64,000 bases of DNA. Source: an uncultured Candidatus Binatia bacterium. GTDB taxonomy: Bacteria; Desulfobacterota; Binatia; UBA9968; JAJDTQ01. The translations under genes were made by a program, and so were the position numbers. Under the pieces are notes generated by a model that did not search any database, was not told the DNA's origin, and saw only the letters and a program-made list of their open reading frames with translations. This document shows, one piece after another, positions 48,281-56,902 of this stretch. The first letter of the stretch is position 1, and each line of letters starts with the position of its first letter. The stretch spans positions 3,328,001 to 3,392,000 of the forward strand of contig OZ251459.1 of the NCBI GenBank assembly GCA_965242525.1, in the 5' to 3' direction.

Positions 48281-49364
48281 GCCGCGCCTCGCGCAACAGC
48301 GCGCAGTCGATGCGGTGGTCCCGGGCCAGGTCGTCGTTCCAGGACAGGGCGTCCGGTCGGAACCGGATGCGCGGCCGGACCACGTCGGCGTCGAGCCAGC
48401 GGTAGGTGTCGAGGCCCGCGGGGACTGCCGCGCCGGTGGAGTCCCAGGCGAACCCTGCCACCGCCAGCGTCCCGACGCCGCTCTCGAAACAGCCGCTCGC
48501 CACCGGGCGCACGCCCAGGGCCAGCGCCTTGGCGGCCCATTCCCGGGCCCTTGCCGCGCCGCCCAGGAGCGTGGGCTTCAACACCACCGCGCCCACCTCC
48601 TGGCGTCCTTCCAGGTCGTCGGGTCCGAGCTCCAACAGGCTCTCGTCCAGCCCCACCGGGATGCCGGTGGCGTCGAAGAACTCTCCCAGGCGCGCCGGGT
48701 CGCGCAGGGGCTCCTCCAGGTACTCGACGCCCGCGTCGCCCGCCGCCTTGCCGAAGGCCACCGCCTGCTCCAGGCTCCAGCTCCGGTTGGCGTCCAGCCG
48801 GAGGCTCACGCCTTGCCCCACCGCGGCCCGCACCGCCCGCGTCAACTCCGCGTCTTCCGCCGCCCCTCGACTCCCCACCTTGAGCTTGACCGCGCGGCAA
48901 CCCGCGTCCCCGAGTCGCGCGGCCTGCCGCAGCACTTCCTCCCGGGACCCCATCAGCAGACCGTTGACCGGGACTGCGCCGTCGAAGCCCGGCAACTCCC
49001 CGTCAGTCCCCGTGCGCATGCGCCGCGACAGGCTCGCCAGCGCGGTCTCCAGGCCGAAACGCACCGACGGCGAGGCCGCCTCGGGCGGCTCGCGGCCCAG
49101 CCACGATTCGAGGTCGCCGCCGCCGGGCTCGAACCCCGCGCCTCCCAGACGCCGGGCAAGGGCGGTGAACTCGGCCGCGGCGTCGTCCACGCTCTCGCGG
49201 CTGAACCCGGGCAGCGGCGCCGCGTCGCCCCAACCCCACGCCCCGGAATCCGCCTGCACCCGCACCAGCAGGCCCGTGCGCTCGCGCACCGCCCCGCCCG
49301 CCAGCGGCAGCGGCCGCGCCAGCGGCAGGCGGTAGCGAAAGATCCGGCAGCCCTCGATCCTCAT
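48273..49364 (-). CDS. menC: o-succinylbenzoate synthase
   Basis: APLPGFSRES, KLKVG, RLDANR, YLEEP, LDESL, LKPT. Confidence 0.92.
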   Translation of the reverse strand: MRIEGCRIFRYRLPLARPLPLAGGAVRERTGLLVRVQADSGAWGWGDAAPLPGFSRESVDDAAAEFTALARRLGGAGFEPGGGDLESWLGREPPEAASPSVRFGLETALASLSRRMRTGTDGELPGFDGAVPVNGLLMGSREEVLRQAARLGDAGCRAVKLKVGSRGAAEDAELTRAVRAAVGQGVSLRLDANRSWSLEQAVAFGKAAGDAGVEYLEEPLRDPARLGEFFDATGIPVGLDESLLELGPDDLEGRQEVGAVVLKPTLLGGAARAREWAAKALALGVRPVASGCFESGVGTLAVAGFAWDSTGAAVPAGLDTYRWLDADVVRPRIRFRPDALSWNDDLARDHRIDCALLREARHD

Positions 49365-49454
49365 GATGCTAAGGTTAGCCAGGCTAGGAGCCTGTCCGAG
49401 TAAGGAATCCTGGATTCCAGGTCAAGCCTAGAATGACCGGACGGAACTTCTCCC

Positions 49455-49480
49455 GTCATTCCCGCGAAAGCGGGAATCCA
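49455..49480 (+). repeat. dRS3-like palindrome
   Basis: GTCATTCCCGCGAAAGCGGGAATCCA. Confidence 0.85.
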
Positions 49481-49554
49481 GAGGAAGCGAGCCCCACTTC
49501 CCCGTGGCGGGTCGCTTCCCTTTCATCGTGTTCCATTTTATTTCTCCTTCCCCC

Positions 49555-49652
49555 TTTTCATTGGCTACTTCGCCAAGTATAATCTGTCTCAAGGGTAAAG
49601 CATGCCCTAACCGATGTCAATACCCGACAGTTTATTTTTGTCGAACTCGACA
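49555..49652. promoter_or_regulatory. overlapping opposed sigma70-like promoters and candidate operators
   Basis: + TTTTCA-N17-TATAAT (49555-49583); - TTGACA-N17-TACCCT (49620-49592); palindromes TTGGC-N6-GCCAA (49561-49576), TGTC-N7-GACA (49615-49629), TGTCGA-AC-TCGACA (49639-49652). Confidence 0.5.
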
Positions 49653-49659
49653 TTAAAGG

Positions 49660-50010
49660 ATGCTTGCTCTGTCTGAAATCTTTCAACAACGTTTAAGGGC
49701 TGCTAGGGGTACACGCGAATGGAGCCAAAGCGATTTGGCTAAACGCGCGGGTTTGCCGCCTAGCTCGATTGCCCATTTTGAAACCGGACCGCGCAAGCCG
49801 TCTTTCGAAACCCTGCGTCGCTTGGCTAATGCCCTAGAAGTTACGACCGATTATCTTCTAGGGAGAGTCGAAGATCCAGGTCTTGCCGAATCAGGAGATC
49901 CGCTCTTCCGTGATATTGGCAACCTGACCGGCAGTGATCGCGACCTAGCGAGAGACTTCCTCAAAATGTTGACGGAACGCAGTTCGGCTAAGCAAGGGAG
50001 GATCAAATGA
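49660..50010 (+). CDS. XRE-family HTH regulator (CapH-like)
   Basis: SQSDLAKRAG...IAHFETG.RKPS...LANALEVTTDYLLGR. Confidence 0.9.
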   Translation: MLALSEIFQQRLRAARGTREWSQSDLAKRAGLPPSSIAHFETGPRKPSFETLRRLANALEVTTDYLLGRVEDPGLAESGDPLFRDIGNLTGSDRDLARDFLKMLTERSSAKQGRIK

Positions 50011-50190
50011 ATGTGCCCTTGGTTTAGAGTTAGCCAAAAGGATGGGGGGAGCTATCCAGGGTTTTGAAATTCAACCTTGCCCGTCACCTCTCTTGAAATG
50101 GCAGGACTCCACGATATCGTCTGGAGCCGAAACTCGGCATCGCCACAGGGGTGTCAGGAATGCTGTCTGTACTGGGAAGTCATTTGCTGA
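50007..50190 (+). pseudogene. decayed ImmA/IrrE (CapP-like) metallopeptidase N-terminus
   Basis: ATGA overlap and GGAGG RBS, stop after 6 codons; shifted frames give LPVTSLEMAGLHDIV and EPKLGIATGVSGML, resembling LPVDP...GVSGML of this family; HExxH region absent. Confidence 0.55.
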
Positions 50191-50222
50191 GCAGATCGTT
50201 ACCGCTATAACGGAGTCATCAA

Positions 50223-51092
50223 ATGGCTACGGGAAAAAGCTCGACTGTCTATCGCGCCCTTAGCTTGGGTGCGGGAGCGCAGAGTTCTGTTTTAGCACTC
50301 CTGCTATCTCGATCCGACCCCCATTTAGCTAAGCTTGGGTATCACAAGCCCAATGCCGCCATCTTCGCTGATACCGGATGGGAACCTGAGTATGTGTATC
50401 GTCATTTGGACTGGCTTGAGGGACAGCTTCGGTATCCGCTGATCCGAGTGTCCGAAGGCAATCTGAGGACTAACCTTAAACAGGCCCGCACTGTGTCAGG
50501 TCATCGTTTTGTTGATGTCCCCTTATTCATAGTCGATGGGGACGGCAGGAAAGGGATGTTACGCCGACAGTGCACCACTCACTACAAAATCAGGCCGATT
50601 TATCGACAGATCCGAAAGCTTGCCGGAGGACAGCCTAGTCGACCGTTCCCCAAGGACACCCATGCTGAAATATGGCTCGGGATTTCGCTGGACGAGGTCG
50701 GCCGCATGAAGCCGAGCAAGGAACCGTGGGTAGAACATCGATGGCCGCTGGTGGACATCGGCATGACACGTCAAGATTGTATCGAATGGTTTCAGTCTGA
50801 GTATCCAGACCGCCATCTACCTCGGTCGGCCTGCGTCATTTGCCCGTATCGTTCAGACAAACATTGGTTGGAATTGAAACGACATGAACCTACTAGCTAC
50901 AAAGAGGCTGTGCAATTCGACCGCTGGCTCCGAAGAAGCACCGAGACACCTCTACGCAAACTGCTGAACGGTCGCCCATATCTGCATTCGGCTCGGCGAC
51001 CCCTCGCCAGCGTCATGAAGGAACGGAAGACGGAAGACGTGGGCGATATAAATAACTTCAACAATGAATGCGAGGGTCTCTGTGGTGTCTGA
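50223..51092 (+). CDS. Cys-rich PAPS-reductase/PP-loop-like protein (phage-type subfamily)
   Basis: LSLGAGAQSS variant PP-loop, IFADTGWEP, RQCT..YKI.PI, PRSACVICPY, terminal ECEGLCGV. Confidence 0.75.
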   Translation: MATGKSSTVYRALSLGAGAQSSVLALLLSRSDPHLAKLGYHKPNAAIFADTGWEPEYVYRHLDWLEGQLRYPLIRVSEGNLRTNLKQARTVSGHRFVDVPLFIVDGDGRKGMLRRQCTTHYKIRPIYRQIRKLAGGQPSRPFPKDTHAEIWLGISLDEVGRMKPSKEPWVEHRWPLVDIGMTRQDCIEWFQSEYPDRHLPRSACVICPYRSDKHWLELKRHEPTSYKEAVQFDRWLRRSTETPLRKLLNGRPYLHSARRPLASVMKERKTEDVGDINNFNNECEGLCGV

Positions 51093-52332
51093 AACAGAGG
51101 CTGAAACAATCAGGCCAAGATATTCCTTATATCCCTACCAGCGTCAGGTGCTGGCCGACGTTCTTCGTGCCCTATCGTTTTCCGAACGTCGTGTGCTTGC
51201 TCATCTTCCTACTGGCGCCGGGAAAACCAGAATCGCAGCCCATGCTGCTTGCCATATGCTCAACGATCACGACACAGACAAGTCTCTTGTAATTTGGTTA
51301 GCGGCCACAGAGGAACTCTGTGAGCAAGCAGCAGAGCAGCTTTCAAGGGCATGGATTTATCTGGGACGACGAGATGCCTGCATCCATCGACATTGGGGAA
51401 CAAAGTCGGCGGAACTACGGGACCTCCATTCGGGGTTTTTGGTGACAGGTCTTGCTAAACTTCGCTCCGCCGCTTTTTCAGATAACACTCTCCTTGCGCA
51501 TCTTGCACACCGCGCTGCTGCGGTCATTTTTGACGAAGCCCATCAGGCAATTGCAGCAACCTACTCCTTTATTACAGAGCAACTATGCAGTGTAAAGCCA
51601 CCTCTTCTTGGTCTTACAGCCACGCCGGGACGAACCGCGAATCTCACTGACGCAGATTATCTCCTTGCTAACATGTTCAATAATAACAAGGTTTCCATAG
51701 ACCCAAGGGGACACGGCAACCCTGTTACCTATTTGATCCAGAATCGCTACCTAGCCGATCCGCGATTTGTGTCTGTCAGATTCGATTCCGCCGCGTCGAT
51801 TATTGACCCTTTACCCGGTACAGACTACCGTACAGAAGACCTTGACGATTTGGGCCGCAGCCGCGAGCGCACGCGCAAGATTGTAGATCTCGCCGTGGCC
51901 GCAGCGGAGCATCACCCTCGTACAATCATGTTTTGCCCTTCCGTTGAGAGTGTTTTGGAATGCAACAAACTCCTTCAAGCCAGGTCGGTCAAGACGGCTG
52001 TAGTCACGGCTCACACACCAAAGGAAGAACGTCGTGAAATCATCGAGACGTTCAGAAGTAACGACAGAGAGCACATGCTAATACTTAATTATGGCGTGCT
52101 CACTGCAGGTTTCGATGCCCCTCGTACCCGCTGCGTCATCATCGCACGCCCGACCACTTCGCTGGTACTTTACTCGCAAATGGTCGGTCGAGCTATGCGT
52201 GGCCCGATGGCCGGGGGAAATTCCAAGGCCGAAATCTTTACGGTTACTGACACCAACCTTCCAGGGTTTGGTTCTGTGGTTGACGCCTTTACAAATTGGG
52301 AGGATCTATGGACGACCAACTCGCCGAATTAG
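51085..52332 (+). CDS. SF2 DEAD/DEAH helicase (ResIII-like)
   Basis: LPTGAGKT, DEAHQ, GLTATPGR, GFDAP, QMVGRAMRG; start uncertain (51064/51082/51085). Confidence 0.9.
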   Translation: MSETEAETIRPRYSLYPYQRQVLADVLRALSFSERRVLAHLPTGAGKTRIAAHAACHMLNDHDTDKSLVIWLAATEELCEQAAEQLSRAWIYLGRRDACIHRHWGTKSAELRDLHSGFLVTGLAKLRSAAFSDNTLLAHLAHRAAAVIFDEAHQAIAATYSFITEQLCSVKPPLLGLTATPGRTANLTDADYLLANMFNNNKVSIDPRGHGNPVTYLIQNRYLADPRFVSVRFDSAASIIDPLPGTDYRTEDLDDLGRSRERTRKIVDLAVAAAEHHPRTIMFCPSVESVLECNKLLQARSVKTAVVTAHTPKEERREIIETFRSNDREHMLILNYGVLTAGFDAPRTRCVIIARPTTSLVLYSQMVGRAMRGPMAGGNSKAEIFTVTDTNLPGFGSVVDAFTNWEDLWTTNSPN

Positions 52333-54179
52333 AAAACGCAGACCGCAGCCTTTTTCCGAGCGACTATACAGTACAGGCTCTTCGAGACAGTCGGTATCAC
52401 AATACCGCCTATGCCATTGCTGAACTCATTGATAACTCGATAGAGGCAAATGCTGCAAGAATCGATTTTCTTTGCATGGAAGAACTACAAAGCGTAGGCC
52501 CTCAGACACGGAGACGAATCTCAGGAGTTGCCATACTGGACGACGGTGAGGGAATGGAAGTAAGGACACTCCTTGAGGCTCTTAGATTTGGGGGAGGAAC
52601 ACGACACAACTCGGATAGAGGAATCGGCAAATATGGCATGGGTCTCCCCACATCCTCGATGTCTCAATGCAAGAGAGTTGACGTATGGACTTGGCAGGAA
52701 GGGGTGGACTCAACTTGGCATTCCTATATCGATGCGGACGATATTGCTAACGGGAACCACAAGGTGCCTGTTCCTGATCGACAACAAATACCCGAGACAT
52801 GGCGAATAGCCGGAAGCGATGAAATCTATGGACATCGCACCGGTACTCTTGTCGTGTGGAGCAAGCTAGACAAGGTTCAGTGGAAAACTAGCCGTGCGAT
52901 CATCGACAATACCTCCCGCGAGGTAGGTCGTATTCATAGGCACTGGATTCATGCGGAAATGACCAAAATACGAGTCGTTTCTTTCCCTGCTAACCGGCCT
53001 ACAGAGCCAGATACGGGTCCCTCCTATATTGTAGCAAACGATCCTCTTTACTTGCTGAAGCCCACTTCTACTCCTCACCCTTGGGATGATAAAGAGATGT
53101 TTGTAGAGTGGTGTCCCCCAAGAGAATACCCGTGTCAAGTTGAGGGTCGAGAACACAGGATTTGGGTAAAATATTCTATCGTGAAACCAGAGGCATTGAG
53201 GACGGAGAGAGTTACACAAAACCCAGGCAACGAAGCCCACGGGAAACACGCTAGACACAACATCGGGGTATCTGTTGTACGAGAAGATAGGGAAATTGTT
53301 CTTGAAGATGCTTTTCTCAGAGAGGGCGGCAGTACAGACCTTCCTCAGAATCGCTGGTGGGGTTGCGAAGTACTATTCTCTCGAGGTTGCGATGAGTTGT
53401 TTGGTGTAGATCATAATAAGCAAATGGTGGCAAATTTTACGCAGGCAGCGAAAACTCTTACCCGTGACGATCGTGACCCTCATGTGATCCTAGAGGAGAT
53501 GGGGATTGATGAAGAGGACATCATTCACAGGATAGTGGGAGACATCCGAAACCAAACGCGGGCCATGATGGATGCCATTCGGCAGATGTTTGAGCAGCGT
53601 CGAAAGTCGGTTGACGATGGTGGGCGTACCAGTAGGCATAGGAACCCAGAAGATAAAGCTATAAGGATCGCTACTGACGCGGATCGGGACGCTATAGCAG
53701 CCGGTGAAGAGCAGCCGACTAAGACTGATATAGATCGTGAGCAAATTCCGCCTCAAGAACGACAGGAGCGCCTCGTAGAACAGTTCATTGAAGCCGGACA
53801 ACCCGGCCAAGACGCGGAGAAGCGCGCGAAGCTGCTGATACAGGAAGATTTGTCCTACCAGTTCAGCTCGGAACAGGGAGACGGATTTCAGATTTTCAAG
53901 GTACGTTCTTATCAAGGAATTTTGCACATCAAGCTCAACACGGAGCATCCAATCTATGACCTTCTCAAACATATTGAAAATGATCTTCCGGAGAATGGAG
54001 ATGAGGCGGATCCCAGGTTTCAGGCCAGTGTTGCGATCAGATTATTGCTATCTTCCTGGGCTCGGATGGAAGACCAGACAGAGGCACAGCAGGAACGAGC
54101 ACGTATTCAAGATACTGCCATGAACTGGGGGCGTCAAGTAGACAAGGCTATCCGCCAACTGCGTGACAGAAGCCGATGA
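52308..54179 (+). CDS. MORC/GHKL-family ATPase (HATPase_c_3)
   Basis: AIAELIDNS, DDGEGM, GKYGMGL, GTLV; GGAGG RBS before ATG 52308. Confidence 0.88.
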   Translation: MDDQLAELENADRSLFPSDYTVQALRDSRYHNTAYAIAELIDNSIEANAARIDFLCMEELQSVGPQTRRRISGVAILDDGEGMEVRTLLEALRFGGGTRHNSDRGIGKYGMGLPTSSMSQCKRVDVWTWQEGVDSTWHSYIDADDIANGNHKVPVPDRQQIPETWRIAGSDEIYGHRTGTLVVWSKLDKVQWKTSRAIIDNTSREVGRIHRHWIHAEMTKIRVVSFPANRPTEPDTGPSYIVANDPLYLLKPTSTPHPWDDKEMFVEWCPPREYPCQVEGREHRIWVKYSIVKPEALRTERVTQNPGNEAHGKHARHNIGVSVVREDREIVLEDAFLREGGSTDLPQNRWWGCEVLFSRGCDELFGVDHNKQMVANFTQAAKTLTRDDRDPHVILEEMGIDEEDIIHRIVGDIRNQTRAMMDAIRQMFEQRRKSVDDGGRTSRHRNPEDKAIRIATDADRDAIAAGEEQPTKTDIDREQIPPQERQERLVEQFIEAGQPGQDAEKRAKLLIQEDLSYQFSSEQGDGFQIFKVRSYQGILHIKLNTEHPIYDLLKHIENDLPENGDEADPRFQASVAIRLLLSSWARMEDQTEAQQERARIQDTAMNWGRQVDKAIRQLRDRSR

Positions 54180-55033
54180 CTATGTACGGTTGGCCGGGAG
54201 ACTTGTTGGCCGGCGTTTGTTCACGTGCCCAATATTTGATTATCGCAGCGCCATACATCAAGTCCGACGCTCTTGTCAGGGTTCTAGCTGACGTTAATCC
54301 AGGAGCCTCTCTTGTCTGCATCACGAGATGGAATCCGCATGACCTCGTTACAGGTGCATCCGATGTGGAATGTCGTACCATTGTCATTAAGCGAGAAGGT
54401 TTCTTTAGACTTCATCCGTCACTCCATGCGAAATACTATCGAGCAGACAATGTGGTTTTAATTGGATCCGCTAATTTGACATCTTCCGCATTAGGCTGGA
54501 CACGTCAACCTAACCTGGAGATTCTTTGTCGTCCGGAAGATGATTTCGACGCTGACGCCTTTCAACAGTCTCTGTTCGATGGATCGAGAGAAATTGATGA
54601 TGAAGAGTTCAAATCTTGGAAATCCATTGCAGATATGACACTTCAAGGTAGGAGAAGAGTGGTTGACGAACCTCCTAGACTTGATACCTGGAGACCGGCG
54701 ACTCGCGACCCCAGACACTTGGAGTTCGCGTATCAGGGGAAAGACGATGAAATTGCTTCGTTCGACGAGCAACGAGCGGCACAGCGTGACATGCGGACTC
54801 TTCGGATTCCTCCAGGTTTGACCAGCGCGCAGGTTCGAACCTGGATCTCAGGTTGTCTTTTTGCCGCTTCCTTCACCAACACCATACTCCGGCTGCATAA
54901 TATGGAAAACTTAGATGTATCTCGTTCACTTGCAGACATCTACAAACTCAGCGTCACTGATGCACGAAGGGATATGGAAACCGTCCAAAATTGGCTTTCA
55001 TTCCTTGCTCCACAGACTTTGACTCGAACTTAA
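54176..55033 (+). CDS. phospholipase D-family (single HKD) nuclease-like protein
   Basis: IIAAPYI, LHAKYYRAD....GSANLT...N.E; ATGA overlap with MORC gene. Confidence 0.85.
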   Translation: MTMYGWPGDLLAGVCSRAQYLIIAAPYIKSDALVRVLADVNPGASLVCITRWNPHDLVTGASDVECRTIVIKREGFFRLHPSLHAKYYRADNVVLIGSANLTSSALGWTRQPNLEILCRPEDDFDADAFQQSLFDGSREIDDEEFKSWKSIADMTLQGRRRVVDEPPRLDTWRPATRDPRHLEFAYQGKDDEIASFDEQRAAQRDMRTLRIPPGLTSAQVRTWISGCLFAASFTNTILRLHNMENLDVSRSLADIYKLSVTDARRDMETVQNWLSFLAPQTLTRT

Positions 55034-55110
55034 AATCGATCCTCTTCCGATTCTCCTCGTGCACGGTCCGCATGTCCACTCCTATCGAAGGGGCTCATAC
55101 CAAGAGATCC

Positions 55111-56007
55111 TCACAGGACCCAACCGACGGAGAAGAGCGCGCTGTACAACAGGAGCAGCTTGGCCGTGTAAGCGAGTAACGGGTTCAACGAAGGCCCCTC
55201 GGAGACGAAGATCCTGCGGAAGGCCGGCAGCGCCGCGACCAGGACCGCGGCCGCGGCCGCGGACCAGGGACGACGGCCCGAAGCGAGGTAGAGGGCGAGG
55301 GGCAGCAGGCAGGCGGCCACCACCGCGGCCACGTATTCGGCGCGGACGAAGCCGCGTCCGAAACGCACGGCCAGGGTCCGCTTGCCGGTGCGCCGGTCCT
55401 CGTCCGCGTCCCGGAGGTTGTTGACCGCGAGGATGGCCACGGACAGCAGGCCCGGCGCCAGCCCGGCCGCCGCCACCGTGGCGTTGACGCTCAGGGTCTG
55501 CACGTAATAGGTCCCGGCCACCGCCACCGGTCCGAAGAACACCAGCACGAAGAGGTCGCCGAGCCCCAGGTAGCCCAGCGGCCGCGGTCCGCCGGTGTAG
55601 AGCAGCCCCGCGGCCACGGAGGACAGGCCGATGAGGGCCGCGGGCCATCCGCCGCGCCACACGAGGTAGAGGCCGCCCAGCAGGGTGAGGGCCAGCACCG
55701 CGGCGATGCCGCGCTTCATGGTCCCGGGGGCCAAGAGCCCGGCCTGGGTGACCCGCAACGGCCCCTGGCGGGACTCGGTGTCCGCGCCCTTCTCGAAGTC
55801 GAAGAGGTCGTTGGCGAAGTTGGTGGCCACCTGGATCAGCACCGCGCAGGCCAGCGCCGCCAGCGCCGAAGGCGCGTGGAACCCGCCGTCGTCCACGGCC
55901 ATGGCGGCGCCCACCACCACCGGGGCCACCGAAGCCCAGAGGGTCTTGGGTCTCGCCGCCAGGAACCAGACCGCGGCGGGGCCCGGCGGCTGGGCGCGGG
56001 TGCTCAA
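55111..56007 (-). CDS. menA: 1,4-dihydroxy-2-naphthoate polyprenyltransferase
   Basis: AARPKTL, NFANDLFDFEKGAD, YTGGP, NNLRDA..D...GKRTLAV. Confidence 0.95.
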   Translation of the reverse strand: MSTRAQPPGPAAVWFLAARPKTLWASVAPVVVGAAMAVDDGGFHAPSALAALACAVLIQVATNFANDLFDFEKGADTESRQGPLRVTQAGLLAPGTMKRGIAAVLALTLLGGLYLVWRGGWPAALIGLSSVAAGLLYTGGPRPLGYLGLGDLFVLVFFGPVAVAGTYYVQTLSVNATVAAAGLAPGLLSVAILAVNNLRDADEDRRTGKRTLAVRFGRGFVRAEYVAAVVAACLLPLALYLASGRRPWSAAAAAVLVAALPAFRRIFVSEGPSLNPLLAYTAKLLLLYSALFSVGWVL

Positions 56008-56035
56008 CGTTCCCCCGTGGCTTTCGCTCGCGGTC

Positions 56036-56857
56036 TCAAGGACGCCGGGGGAACTTGGAGAAGTCCGGCTTGCGCTTCTCGACGAAAGCGTTCCTGCCCT
56101 CCTGGCCCTCTTCGGTCATGTAGAAGAGCATGGTGGCGTTGCCCGCGAGCTCCTGCAGGCCGGCCTGGCCGTCGCAGTCCGCGTTGAACGCGGCCTTGAG
56201 GCAGCGGATGGCGATGGGGGAGTTGGCCAGGATCTCGCGGCACCATTGGACCGTCTCCTCCTCCAGCCGCTCGTACGGCACCACCGCGTTCACCAGGCCC
56301 ATGTCCAGGGCCTGGGCGGCGCTGTACTGGCGGCACAGGTACCAGATCTCGCGGGCCTTCTTCTGTCCCACGATGCGGGCCAGGTAGGTGGCGCCGTAGC
56401 CCCCGTCGAAGGAGCCCACCCGCGGGCCGGTCTGCCCGAAGACGGCGTTGTCCGCGGCGATGGTAAGGTCGCACATGACGTGCAGCACGTGGCCGCCGCC
56501 CACGGCGTAGCCCGCCACCATGGCGATGACCGGCATGGGGCAACTGCGCATCTGGCGCTGGAAGTCCAGCACGTTCAGCCGGTGCACGCCCGCGGCGTCC
56601 TTGTACCCGGAGTCCCCCCGCACCTTCTGGTCGCCGCCGGAGCAGAACGCCTCCCTGCCCGCGCCGGTGAGGATGACCACCCCGACGGTGTGGTCGTTGC
56701 GCGCGTCGTCCAGCGCCCGGATCATCTCTTCCACGGTCAGCGGCCGAAAGGCGTTCCGGACCTCCGGGCGGTTGATGGTGATCTTCGCGATGCCTTCGGT
56801 CTTGTGGTACAGGATGTCGGTGTACTGCCCCGCCTCGCTCCATTGGATGGTTGCCAT
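56036..56857 (-). CDS. menB: 1,4-dihydroxy-2-naphthoyl-CoA synthase
   Basis: [34 protein letters not shown]. Confidence 0.97.
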   Translation of the reverse strand: MATIQWSEAGQYTDILYHKTEGIAKITINRPEVRNAFRPLTVEEMIRALDDARNDHTVGVVILTGAGREAFCSGGDQKVRGDSGYKDAAGVHRLNVLDFQRQMRSCPMPVIAMVAGYAVGGGHVLHVMCDLTIAADNAVFGQTGPRVGSFDGGYGATYLARIVGQKKAREIWYLCRQYSAAQALDMGLVNAVVPYERLEEETVQWCREILANSPIAIRCLKAAFNADCDGQAGLQELAGNATMLFYMTEEGQEGRNAFVEKRKPDFSKFPRRP

Positions 56858-56902
56858 GCTCCAGACCTCGATGTGACGCCCCCGGCCGCTCCGGCGCCCG
56901 GT

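Larger units (their letters stand above)
49356..55113. mobile_element. inserted low-GC island bounded by 8-bp direct repeats GATCCTCA
   Basis: GATCCTCA at 49356-49363 and 55106-55113; opposite-strand, lower-GC genes split menA from menC; no integrase inside. Confidence 0.7.

Noticed and set aside
49386-49405. TAGGAGCCTGTCCGAGTAAG as an IS end
   Set aside because: Resembles IS/MITE termini but no partner end or transposase was found in the window.
50223-51092. Housekeeping cysH
   Set aside because: No ECGLH-type C-terminus or sulfate-assimilation neighbours; low-GC island context.
50223-55033. Assignment to DISARM, Dnd, Ssp or BREX
   Set aside because: No methyltransferase, DUF1998 helicase, DndD/DndE, cysteine desulfurase, SspB/C, PglZ or BrxC recognisable in the island.
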